A DNA stretch of 62,512 nt from Toensbergia leucococca (lineage: Eukaryota): contig JALDZS010000145.1 in NCBI GenBank assembly GCA_022813965.1, positions 1 to 62,512 of the forward strand, given 5' to 3'. Shown one piece after another: positions 36,784 to 48,373 of the stretch. The position numbers and the translations under genes were made by a program. The number at the start of each line of letters is the position of its first letter. Position 1 is the stretch's first letter. The notes beneath the pieces were generated by a model. That model was not told where the DNA came from. It saw only the letters and a list, made by a program, of their open reading frames with translations, and did not search any database.

Positions 36784-38052
36784 ATGGTGAGAAGATTTTT
36801 TCCATTTCCTATGGGACGTAGCATGAAATTCGAAGAAGAACTTTGCCCCAGCTACCATCCAGATCGCTACCTACAAGTTCGCATTGGCGATGTGATGAAT
36901 AATCGATACAGGATTGATGGCAAGCTTGGTTACGGGCAGTGCTCAACAGTGTGGCTCGCAAGAGACGTTAGGTTCGTTGATCCAAGGTACTCTGCTTCGT
37001 TGCTGATCTATATGGCAGTGAAGAGCGATGGGTCACTCTGAAAGTTCTGACCAACGACTGCTACAGTACGCCAGGCATGAGTCTCGAACTTGAGATTCTT
37101 CAAAAGATTACAAAAACCAATCCTGATCACCCTGGCTATCCCCATGTCATTCATCTTCTGGATTCGTTTCGAGCAAAGGGACCGTGTGGAGAGCACATTT
37201 GTCTTACTTACCCACCCATAGGCGGCGTTCTTCATCAATACCGCGCCAAATTCCAACCTGCAAGGCTCCCTCCACGATTGATGAAAAACATCACTCGCCA
37301 GATGCTCCTCGCTCTTGATTACTTGCACGAATCATGCCATGTGATCCACACAGGTATCAAAAGATAGGCCTTTTTAGGTACTACAAGGCTGATGTGCAGC
37401 AGACCTGTCCCCCACCAACATCATGTTCGAAATCCAGAACGAGACCATAATTCCCGACTATTTAGCCCGCGTTCCAACCAAGCAGCTTCTCTCTCAACTT
37501 TCCCCGGGAATGCCCATACAATCCACCTGGATGAACTGTTCGTCAGATTATATTGGATTGAAGGTCAGGATCGGAGACTTTGGCTCCGCTTGTTGGAAAT
37601 CGCAACACCTAACCGAGTTCATTCAGCCTGATTTGCTCCGCGCGCCAGAGGTCATACTCCAAGCAGGATGGTCTACGAGTGCCGATATTTGGAGCCTCGC
37701 GGTTGTGATATGGGAACTCATGTTACAAATGTATCTGTTTGACGGCCGTATTCTGGCGAAAGACTCATATACCATTGAAGGTCACCTTGAACAAATCGTC
37801 GCATACCTCGGAACTCCTCCTATGGCTCTCTTGGAGCGTGGAAAACTCTCGGATTATTTCTTCGATGGAAACCGACAGGTTCGCAGGACGGCGAGATGTG
37901 GAGCTGACCTTACACTTGAAGACATTGAAGATGTGCTGGAGGGTCGTGAGAGGGAGCTTTTCCTATCCTTTATTAGGTCGATGCTTTGTTGGTTGCCAGA
38001 GGAGCGTCTGACAGCAAAGCAATTAGTGAATCATGAGTGGTCGAAGAGCTAA
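36784..38052 (+). CDS. SRPK-like (CMGC) Ser/Thr protein kinase
   Basis: KLGYGQCSTVWLARD, VTLKV, HTDLSPTNI, IGDFG, IQPDLLRAPEV, DIWS and FIRSMLCWLPEER; introns 36972-37018 and 37354-37402. Start codon approximate. Confidence 0.9.
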
Positions 38053-39082
38053 TATCAGTACCACTTTATCATGATTTAAACCGCGAGAATCAACAGAATT
38101 CAATATCAGTCTTGGCGTATGGTTTCCTGTTAACCAATTCTCACAGGTCAAGAATTACAGCATTTTCTCAGCAGCTGACAGATAACTCCTCAAACCTGAC
38201 TATCAATCTCACAGCTAATCTTCACTAAAGTTAGAAAACATTCTCAAGAACAGAATATCAGAAGTAATCCTTGCGAGCTACTCCTTTCTTCCTTCAAACT
38301 AAACGACAAGGTTGTGATTGATCATTGATAGGCGAAGATGTCATTATCTTGGTCGCTATTTAATGCCTGATATACAAGGTTCAGGCAAATGAAGGGCGTG
38401 ATGATGACAGGTGACAGCCTATTCTATACATAGGAAGAAGGAATGCAATTATGCGTCTCTGATATGCAGTCATAGGAAACAATCAGTGTCGCTCCAATTA
38501 GATAGCTGTGGTTATGGTGCTGAAGAATCTGTGTCACACAATCAACGGAGATGGAGACGCAGGGAGTTAAGAGGAGAGAAGGTGGTTGGAGGTTGGGTTG
38601 CGCCAAGTCCGCTTATTTATCGGTTGAAATTATTCTAATTATAAATAGATAAATAGAATACTTCTAGGCACACTCGGCACATTCTCGATTGATGAAACAT
38701 CTCGATCCTTCAGCCTTGTTTCCTTTTTCCCTCACCACTAATTCATCAGTTCTCAGTATGTGGTGATCCAAACAATTCCTTTATTTTCACTTGTCACTTG
38801 ATATTCCATTCCCTCGACCCCACGCTAATAAGCTAGGCAAGGTGACCTAAGCCCCAACTAATATTATCCTGGAGACAATGGAACCAATCGCCATTTTTGC
38901 CCTACCCGCTCTTCGTCCACCATTGTTGATCGGATATGAGACGTTCAGCCTCTTAAACAGTGGCAGAGTGCCATGTGATACTGCCGTTTTCCATCTTCCA
39001 CTGTCACATATATCTCGTCTCTGGCTGTGTCATCTATATAACTCGAGAATCTTCATCCCATACTTGCATTCAATCTCACCTC

Positions 39083-40367
39083 ATGGCGACTCTTCTATTC
39101 CGACCCAGACAGGTAGCTCACGATAATTTCCATTTCATTTACTAGATTGACCCTGCTAATCCCATACCGCAGGCCGCGTTTGCATCTCAACCACCCAAGG
39201 ATCCATCCACTAACCAGATCCCTCCCTCCTTACCTACCCGTCCCACAAACGACGAACCAAAAATTAATATGCTCATACTTCAACAAGACCCGGTCGTCTC
39301 GATTCAAGAAATCTGCCCGCCTCTACCAGCGCGACCAAGTGAGAATACACAAAACATCGAGTTAATAGTACATTCGAAACCCGAAGTAATTGACCCGAAA
39401 GAAGTCCCGAAGCCTCGTTACATTCACCCAACTCTCAATCTATCAAAAGAGGAATTGCTGAAGCTGAGGGCCATTAGAGATGTGAGTTGACTTGCTCATT
39501 TTGTAGGCCAACTAAGCTGACAAGCCTTTTACCAAGACCTCCAGTCTCACCATCGGGAAGCACTACTTGCTTGGCCGAGTCAAGCAAGGCGATGCACTGA
39601 GACACGCTCGAAGTGAAGCAGTTCTAGTCCTTGCAACTGAACTAGAATTAGAGAAAATGTTCAATTCACTCGTTTCCAAATTGACGGCAGACTTCGTCGG
39701 AAGCACAGTAATGGGACTCGCAGCATTTATCGAAGCTCCTCTTGTTCTGAGCGCTTCGATCAATATTGGAAAAGGCATCCATCATATCCACGAACTCGTC
39801 AAACTTCTGCAGGAATTCAAGAAGCGCGGCCTCAAGCCACCAAAAGGCAAAATTCCAGCCCGTATTTCTCTTGGCTTGTTCCTAAAACTAGGGATCATCA
39901 CCATTACTCTCGGACAAGGCGACTTCTTAGCCGATATGGACGCTATAAGCGGGCTACACGAACTCATTGTCCATATATTCGAGCCTAGCGAGTGGATGAG
40001 TGGAGATTCATGGTCAAATACTCTGGGAGAAGCTGCCCAAGCTCATGCAAACTTCCTCGCCGATCATCCCACAATATCAAAAGTCATCAACGTGTTTGAA
40101 TGGCCGCTGCAGACATTTGAACATGTTTTTGGTCCACAAACCGCTGCTGTGGTAGAAAATACATATGAGAGCGGAGCTTTGGGAATTCCAGACTGGACAT
40201 GGGCAGAAGTGTCGGATGGAGACTTTACCGCGGGTGAAATTATTGGTGCTAATGTGGCTGCTCTTGTTGGAGATCAGGGTGTTCAACTTGTTCTTGAGGA
40301 TCCTGCAGATCAAGCCGTGGAGAAGATCGAGAATCGGGCCGAGAAGAAGGAATTGCACAACGTATGA
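39083..40367 (+). CDS. Hypothetical protein, 3 exons: Pro-rich N-terminus, helical partly hydrophobic C-terminal region
   Basis: ATG 39083; introns ~39113-39172 and ~39482-39536 join ORFs 39269-39490 and 39567-40367 in frame. Confidence 0.6.
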
Positions 40368-41097
40368 TTCAGGGCAGATATGGATTCAATCCACACCGTA
40401 ACGGATTGTGAACGACTCAACCTCGTCATCATAGCCATCTTCGTCACTGCAATTCTCTGCCGACAAAGCTCAAGAGCATGCATTTGCCAGGATCTCAATC
40501 TCAGCTTCATGCAGCCCTGCTTCGCAGAGTTGGTCAAGCAGGCGATATAGCCAACTCTAACAGTACATGGTTTGAAGCCACGGAGGTACTTCGTGCTGAG
40601 AATATGAGGTCAAGGTGGTGTGTTTCAATTCCGTCATTTTATCTCGTGCCTTTTTGATTATCGTGTCTTCTTATATTCAGTATGTCATTGATTGATTCTG
40701 ATTCTTTTCTTTTTTAAATGTTCAAATACTAAAGTTTCATTTATGTCTTGAATTTAACACCTTTTGGAGATCAAGAGTATATTGTAAAGTATCTTTTTCC
40801 CTAGACATAGAGTAGATGAATTTATTAGATAAGGGATTCTGCGTAGTAATCTTAAGTCACCGAGAGTATAATATCATTATTCTATCTGTTGTATCAACAT
40901 GACTTGACACTACGTCTGATTCCAACACTCGTGTTGACTCTAAGTCAACATCCCCATCCTTAAAGCATCAAATTATACTGACCTGCCCTCACACCCCCTC
41001 CGCCCCCTCCCTCATGAAGAAAAATCTCAGAAAAAAAATTCAAGCGCATATCTATTCTAAATGGCAAGTTACAAGATTTGTGTTCCAAAAATGTACT

Positions 41098-41178
41098 TGA
41101 CAACGGTGGGACTTGAACCCACGCGGTTTTACCCACAGGTACCTGAAACCTGCGCCATAACCACTCGGCCACGTTGCC
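41098..41178 (-). tRNA. tRNA-Leu (anticodon CAG), intronless
   Basis: Cloverleaf: acceptor GGCAACG/CGTTGTC, D-arm GCC..GGC, anticodon stem CAGGT/ACCTG with loop TT-CAG-GT, long variable arm, T-arm GTGGG-TTCAAGT-CCCAC, discriminator A, downstream T-run. Confidence 0.95.
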
Positions 41179-42650
41179 TTTCCACTTCAAGCCAACTTAT
41201 TTCTTTAAATCAATGTTTTTGAACTGGCTCCTGATGTGTGCTCGCGCGCATAAATGGTCACGGAGGGAATTTTTCTGTCGTTTGAACTACAGGTGTGGTG
41301 GCGCATATCATCACTCTCCTCTCTCTTCCCTCCTCCTCCTACGTATTTCATTCTAGGATCAACATCCCCGGTCTCTTACTACAACCTTTACCTCAACCCT
41401 CATTTCTTTTGTGATACTGAACGTGATATCACGGAATTGAACCCCATGTTATAACACAACATTCCTCCTTCGTCATCTCATTCTTCTTTTCCATCCCTTT
41501 CCTCTGTTGAAATTGTGATTCAGGACCTCTGATCTTGATTTAGAAGATTACGGTAGGTTGAGGGGAAGCTGGGAGTTTCTGTTGTTTTGCCTATATTTTT
41601 CTAGATAGATAGTTTTGGGTTTTCTCTCTCCTCCTAGGGGAAGCGAGCGGTGGCTGTGCGGAAATAGAAGTTTTGTATCATACTTTGTTGGTTGTTGAGT
41701 TGAGTTTCATCCCTTGGCTTTGCTTGATGGTCTATTTATCATCTTTATTCTACGGTGTGTCTCTGTCTTCGGTGTCCGTCTCCCTTGATCGATCCCTCAC
41801 CTTTTTCAGACTCATTCTAGGATCAACAATCCCCGTTTCCCGCACTCATGATTCATCCCCCCGGGCGCAAATACCGCAGAAGATGTAACTGTAGTTCGCA
41901 CAATATCCTTCCTTCTCCGCCCGCTTTCTGGTCATTTTTGAGATTCTGTTCTCCTTGCCTACGTGCCTGCCTCTTCCCGTTTCTTGCTTCAGCCGAACTT
42001 TTTTGCTAGATGTTGTCTTTATCTACCCGTCTCGATATCCACACCAATCTCTCATCATCTCTCACCATCCTATCCAAACTCCGTTCTCCCGCTCCTCTAA
42101 ACCTCCTCCTCTCCCTCCTCCTCTTCAATTCATTCTCAATACACAACCTCCCACTCATCCTTCAATCAAAACCTCAGTAGGCAGAGCAGTGACCTACCCC
42201 CAGCATCTTCTTTCTAATGTTCCTGATGGAGAGCTTGTTTGAGGTTGATAAAGCTAGAGAGGGTATAAGTCGAACTCTGACGGGGTAGGAATGAAAGGGA
42301 TGGTTATGGTGGAGGATGGATGTGGTGGAGGCGTATTAGGTTCGCTTTTACCTACACGACACGATTTTGTTCCTGGGTTTTATTGTTGCCGGATGGGATC
42401 TTTATTTGGGTTTTTGGTTTGGGGGGGGGGGGCGGTTGTAGGAGTATCGAAATTGGTGGTGTAGGATTATAGGATTGAGCTGTAGGAATGATAGAAGTCT
42501 ATAAAAATATCCTCCTGAGAACCACACAAGATAGCAAACCCCATGAATAAATAAAAAGTCATCTAAAGACACCCAGACGAATCCCGTGACAAAAAGACCC
42601 TGTCTATCTGCGCCACTGAAGCCCCAACTCTCCTCAGAAAAACAACAAAT

Positions 42651-44660
42651 TCATCCTGTCATACCACCACCAAACGCAACCACCCCTTTCGAATCTCTCT
42701 GCCTAGGCTCCGCCGCAGCCTCCCACACCCCATCCTCCAACACCCTCAACCCCTGCACCGAACTATACCCCGGCGGAACCCAACAAATCTCATGACCCCT
42801 GCCCCTCATGAACTCGACGGTAGAATTATCAAATGCATACTCAAACGTCACCTGATTAGGTACAAGCTGATCGTGGGCTCTGGGTTGCTTCAAAGCGTCG
42901 TGCATGCTCATGTTACGGTCGAGCATGTTGATGGCGGCTTGAATGGTGGCTGTGATGATGCGGGAGCCGCCGGCAGCGCCGAGGAGGGAGTGAAGGCGTT
43001 TGGTGGCGGCATTTTCGATTATTAGTGGGGTTATGGAGGAAAGGGGGCGTTTTCCCGGGAAGATGAAGTTTGAGGGGGATGGGTGGTAGCCAAAGGGGTT
43101 GGATGCGTTGGGGGTTGAAAAATCTGGTAAGGATTAGCTGATTGTTTGTGAAGAGACTGACGGTGATACATACCGCACATCTCGCTGTTTAGTATTACGC
43201 CTGTTTCTGGAACTATGAGGTGGGAGCCAAAGTATAAATTGATGGTGGTTGTCAAAGATATTGCCAAGCCAGATGTATCTGCCGCTACGATGTGAGAAGT
43301 ACCGTGTCTATATCGATTAGTGATTATTTTACATTACTATATAGAGAACTTACGTCTCAAGACTCTCAAAGCCAGAAGGATCATAAGCGGATACGTTCTG
43401 AGTATGCAAATCCGAAATCTTGGATCTTGTCGTCGAAGTAGATGTTCCATCAAGCATGTCTTTTTCGTATGCTCGGATGTTTTCTACAAAGTCGGGATCC
43501 CCAAGACTGGCTCTCTAACAGGATTAGAACATGAGGTAAAACAACACAAGCCATACTTACTTTGCCATAAGCGAACCTGATAGCCTCATCTAATCGATGG
43601 GTACTGAGATTCAACATATCTTCATCTCCAAAGTCCTCATATCCCTCAACGGTCTTCAATATATTCAAACCTACAGCCCCCGATGATGGTGCCCCACATG
43701 TATATATTCGGAATCCCCGATACTCGATATCATATACAGGTCTCGATACAACAGCATAATCTTGTAAATCTTTCATAGTCATTATCCCATTCGCGGCCTT
43801 GATAGCTGTAATTGTAGCGTTGGCTATTTCCCCAGTATAGAAGGCGTCTACCCCATCATCTGCTATCTTCTGTAATGTTTCTGCATATCGTACCCGTGTC
43901 AACCTATCTCCCAATCCAAGTCGTTTGCCGTTTGGTGCAAAGTCCATAGCCCAGGATGGGTCATTTATTAGAAAATCATAATCCTTGGTCTCGAAATCCA
44001 TAACACTCGCGAGATCGTGGGAGATTATGAATCCGTCACGAGCGAGATTGATGGCTGGTTGGACAACTTTGGACCATGGTAGAAGACCATAATGTTCATG
44101 TAGATAAGCTAGGCCTTGAAGCTGGCCCGGGACACCACTAGAGATTATGAGTTATAAGCCAAGAGATTGACAGTATGAATATCCAACCTTGCGAGACCTC
44201 CACGTATAGATGCGTTCAAGTTCCCCACGTACATATCTTGGAAGGCAGCTTGAGGGGCCTTCTCTCGGAAATCGATGGCTTCGTAGGTAGCATTAGAGGA
44301 TCGAACGAGCATGAAGCCACCTCCACCGAGTCCGCTGTGGTACATGGATATTGTTCCAACACAAAGAACGGTTCCAACCATCTGGAGGATATCTTAGCTT
44401 GAGTTAACAGCGACAAGTACTGCACTTACAGCATCTGCAGCATTTCCACCCGCCTTCAACAGTTCAACCCCGATGTTGGTACATATGACATTTTCCGAAG
44501 CGATGGCTCCGAGTTCCTTCTCGTTAGACGCGAAGGGATTTGAGTCTTTGAGGGGAAGTTGGGTCGTGGCCTGTGTCAGCTTGAAGACAGCGAACAAGGC
44601 GAAGAGGCAGATTATGATGATCTCGAGGTTGAGGTTGAGCTTTCGCAGGGACTCCAACAT
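42651..44660 (-). CDS. Gamma-glutamyltranspeptidase
   Basis: [27 protein letters not shown], nucleophile [33 protein letters not shown] and PRAHDQL across several exons; N-terminal signal/anchor. Confidence 0.93.
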
Positions 44661-44905
44661 GGTCTTGGCGTGAGTGCGAGGTAGATGGGGGTCGTCTCTC
44701 CAGAAAATTTGAATGAGGCAAGAGTTGGGCCATTGCGGCTGCAGATATCATGTGGAAGAATAAGAACAAGAATAAGAATGGTCATTCATGATAAGACACA
44801 AGCTTGAAGATAGAAGATAGAACTAGCCTTTTTGACTTTCCGCAGGCCAGACACCAATGACCGAGGCACGTCACATTTAAATCGACCTGCTTGAAACATT
44901 CCTCG

Positions 44906-44997
44906 ATTCTCATCCTCATTCTTATCTTCATTCTCATCTTCATTCTCATCTTCATTCTCATCTTCATTCTCATCTTCATTCTCATCTTCATTCTCAT
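44906..44997. repeat. 12-bp tandem repeat (CATTCTCATCTT)n
   Basis: About 7 copies, the first two degenerate; lies between the MFS gene 3' end and the GGT promoter. Confidence 0.9.
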
Positions 44998-45370
44998 GTG
45001 CCTCTCTATAATGTAGAACTACAAGCTGATACTCTCTACAACAGCTTGGTGCATGTCTACCTAATCATCTTGAACCCTCCTTTTCAAGCATTGCACACAC
45101 CGACCAAGAGTATCTAGGACTCTACTACTTTGTCCTGTGCTTATCAGACTCCAGTATATTGTATATGACTGCAGACACTAATCGATGCTCTGCCATTTAT
45201 GACCTCTCCGCAATTTACAACTGTCTTTGGCCTATTCCCTTCAATATGTGGCCTCTCAATGGTCGTGGTGCCGGCGTAGCTTCTGCCCGGAAAAGTTACG
45301 ATAGCAGTGGAACTCTGGCAAAGCACGTACAATGTGACATATGCCATTCTTTAGCCTTGTAAAGTCTCGT

Positions 45371-46768
45371 TCATGTCTTGTTTTGCCCGCCAATTTGTCT
45401 CTGCACATAGACCATGAGACCTGCCCCTACCATCATGCATGTGGCAATCAACACTTGCGATTTCCAAAACGTCGACGTCTCCAAATCATTTAGCGCGCCC
45501 GAGACTGGAGCTCCAATAAGAATCCCCAAAGCTGCTGCCGCCGAAGCCATACCCATCCTGGTACCAACAACATTCTTGTCTGGACATACTTGCGGATTCA
45601 TCGCAGGGACGAGAACAGCCAAAGGTGCCATGAACACTCCGAGAAATATTATCCAAACTTCAAACGAAGCAAGATTGTCAACACCAAGCCAGCCAAAGAG
45701 AACCAAACTGGCTGTCAATGAGAATCCTAAAAGTGTCTCGGAAATGCCAAACTTTGAAGATATCAAAACGGCCAGAAACCGACCTGGTATAGTTGCAGCG
45801 TTTGTAATGACCAGAAGATATGCAGAAAACTCCTTGGACGCTCCGAATTTAATACTTCCAAATGTAGGGATGAAAAAGAATGGAACCCAGTATGCTAGAA
45901 ACATGACGAAAAGCGCCAGACAGAAAACAGCGAATGCTGGTTCTTTGAGTGCACCCAAGTCGAACAACGATCGAGCTTGACGGACGTGCGCAGATCTATT
46001 TGTGCGAGGTAGAATAATGGCCAAGGCGATGGCTAATTCAGCTAACGTGATGAAGCCCAAGATTCGAGTAGCCCACGCAAAACCAACTCGAGGGAGTAGA
46101 CGCACAAGAGTGACAGGATACAGTATGCCCCCTATACTTAGATCAGAATCTCGGGGTCTACCAACCAAAGTCCAAACTCACCAACAGCAGTCCCAGAAGT
46201 CGCCACACAGATAGCGAGAGAGCGTCTTTTGGCAAACGACGAAGCAACAAGAGCAATACTCGGAGTATACAAGATGCCACTACCCGCTCCCACACAGATG
46301 CCCTGCGCAAGCATCACCTGATAAAACCTGGACGACAGGCTCAACATCATGACGCCAAACACCGTCAGAAAAGTGCCCACGACAAGCAACTCGCGGATAT
46401 AACCCCGATCGTAAATAGGACCTGTCACAACGCCGCCCATGATGAGGAGAACAGCTTCGACTGTCCCAACCCATGCAATGGTGGAAGATGAGGTGGAAAC
46501 TAAGAGGCTTGACTCGTAGTAATTTTGATACGACCCATATGCGCTGAGTAAACCCCTGTAGCAATCAGTGACATACTTTTTGCGTCTATTAGAGGGCTAC
46601 GAAATGGGCGGACCAAGTAGCGGTATAGACCAGAAATGCCCCTAGGACTTGTAACCAAGCGCCCAGGCCTTCATCGATTGCTTTGCTCGAGACTTGTTGC
46701 GCCATTGTGGTATATTCCTTTGTGGGGACATCAATTGGAGACTCATACTCGGCCTTCTCGTTGACCAT
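45371..46768 (-). CDS. MFS transporter, monocarboxylate porter (Mch-like) family
   Basis: GLGAWLQVLGAFLVYTATW, AWVGTV, GPIYDRG, YQVMLAQGICVG, VGFAWATR and VGTRMGM; several introns. Confidence 0.9.
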
Positions 46769-48373
46769 CAGTGAGAGCAAGTTTTTTTGGGGGGGAAATG
46801 TTATTGCGGTGGGTTGAGAAGAAGATTAGATATTGGGAGAGATTGTGAGATTTGAGAGTTTGGATGAGTCATGTTGACAGCAAGGATTTTTTCAAAAGCT
46901 TGTGATGACAATGAGGAATCATCATTTTGATCTTTGAAAACGCACATGTATTTCTTTTCTTAGATGCTGTCACTTCTGTCTGAAATTGAGATGACTTTCT
47001 AAGTATCTAGGTACCTAGGTAGGTTTCAACATCTGATCTAAATAGCTTACCTTAGGTAGATTACAGATAGATAAGATAGCACAGTTGATCAAGCTTGATG
47101 TGTTCTCTCCTTGAACTCTACATATTCATCTCAGCTTTGACTCCGTCTTTCGAAAGGACGATTCCCTCGAAGCCTTCATCTCGGTAAGTCTCTTTGCCGT
47201 ATGGACTTGTCCGACCAACCGGCACGTTTGACTACGTTTGAGACGTCAATCATTGATTTTAGCTACTTCTCCCTCCCCCATCAGCAATTAATGACGTGAA
47301 TGTTATGTGAGTTTGAGATCAGTTACCTTGGGCTGTGGTCTTTTTGAGTTGGGAGTTGCGCTCGTTCTCGCGGTTGGCTGTCTCCATTTCTGGACGTTCA
47401 CTATCCTCTGTAGCGTCTTCGATTTACTTTTTCACTTAACTCTTCGTGTTGTTCGTCAAGTTTGGCTTCCTCCGTTTTCTGGTCTATAAGGCCTATGAAG
47501 AGATATCTGATCTTGCTGTCCGGGGACGAGGCTCGTGCATTTTTCGACTCGAGGATTCTTTGTTAGGCTGCATGATCGCTTACTTGGGGTGTTTTGGGGA
47601 CTTGGAATGAAGGTGAGGACGTTGTGTCATCAGCTCGGGGTTTGATGAGGTTTTCAATCTACTCGAGGCGGTTGGATTCTGAATTTGGAGATTTTTTTTC
47701 AGTGGGCGAGAACTTTTTTCCGGCAGGCTTGTAATGCAAATGAGCTTAGGCTTAGGATCCGCTTTAACCTTGCGAAATAGGCTGGGTACATGTTCTCCAG
47801 GTATTCGGTTGATGATATTAGTGGTTTTCGTTCTCTCCACATCTTCGTGTTGGAAGCGTGTCCCATGGATGCGACTGGGAAGTTTGAAGAGGGTGGGGAT
47901 AAGAGCCATGATAGCATTGAGACTTGAGAGCTTCGTGTGTTTACTACAGGCTATTTGATTCAGTCGTTAGAGCTTGTTTATGAGTGATAAGATATGTTGA
48001 TGGCTATGGAAGATGAAGATATGAAAATGGAAACGAAAATGATATCGATGGCAATTGGGAACCCATCATGTCCGATATTCTAAGCGCGATATTCGTAGAT
48101 TAGAATAGAATACAGATAGATTACAGAGCGCGTCTATGCGCGTAAGCTTGCAACTTGCCCTCCTTGAAGCCAATGAACCAAGACTCTCGTCCAATGAAAG
48201 GAATCCAAGCTTAGGTAGCTACCATGGTTATCTCCTCGAATTTGACGAGGCCGACATCCTCATCCCGCGCCGATCGCTTTGTACTATATTCCCCTCCTCC
48301 ATTCAAAAGAACTCCGACCATCTCCAGCAGCATCCTTCACGAGACAGATCCACGTCGCAGGCAATCCTCCGAA

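Noticed and set aside
41098..41178. Reading the tRNA as a TCA (opal suppressor/Sec) or CUG-Ser tRNA that could explain the in-frame TGAs at 8087 and 7275
   Set aside because: Stem pairing CAGGT/ACCTG fixes the loop as TT-CAG-GT. U33, G37 and A73 are normal Leu features, and TGA is used as an ordinary stop elsewhere in the window.
44782..44997. ORF MRMKMRMK...
   Set aside because: Artefact of the 12-bp tandem repeat.
47300..47909. Small minus-strand gene divergent from the MBD4-like gene
   Set aside because: An intron-like segment exists (47493-47583), but no consistent long frame or recognisable domain could be built.
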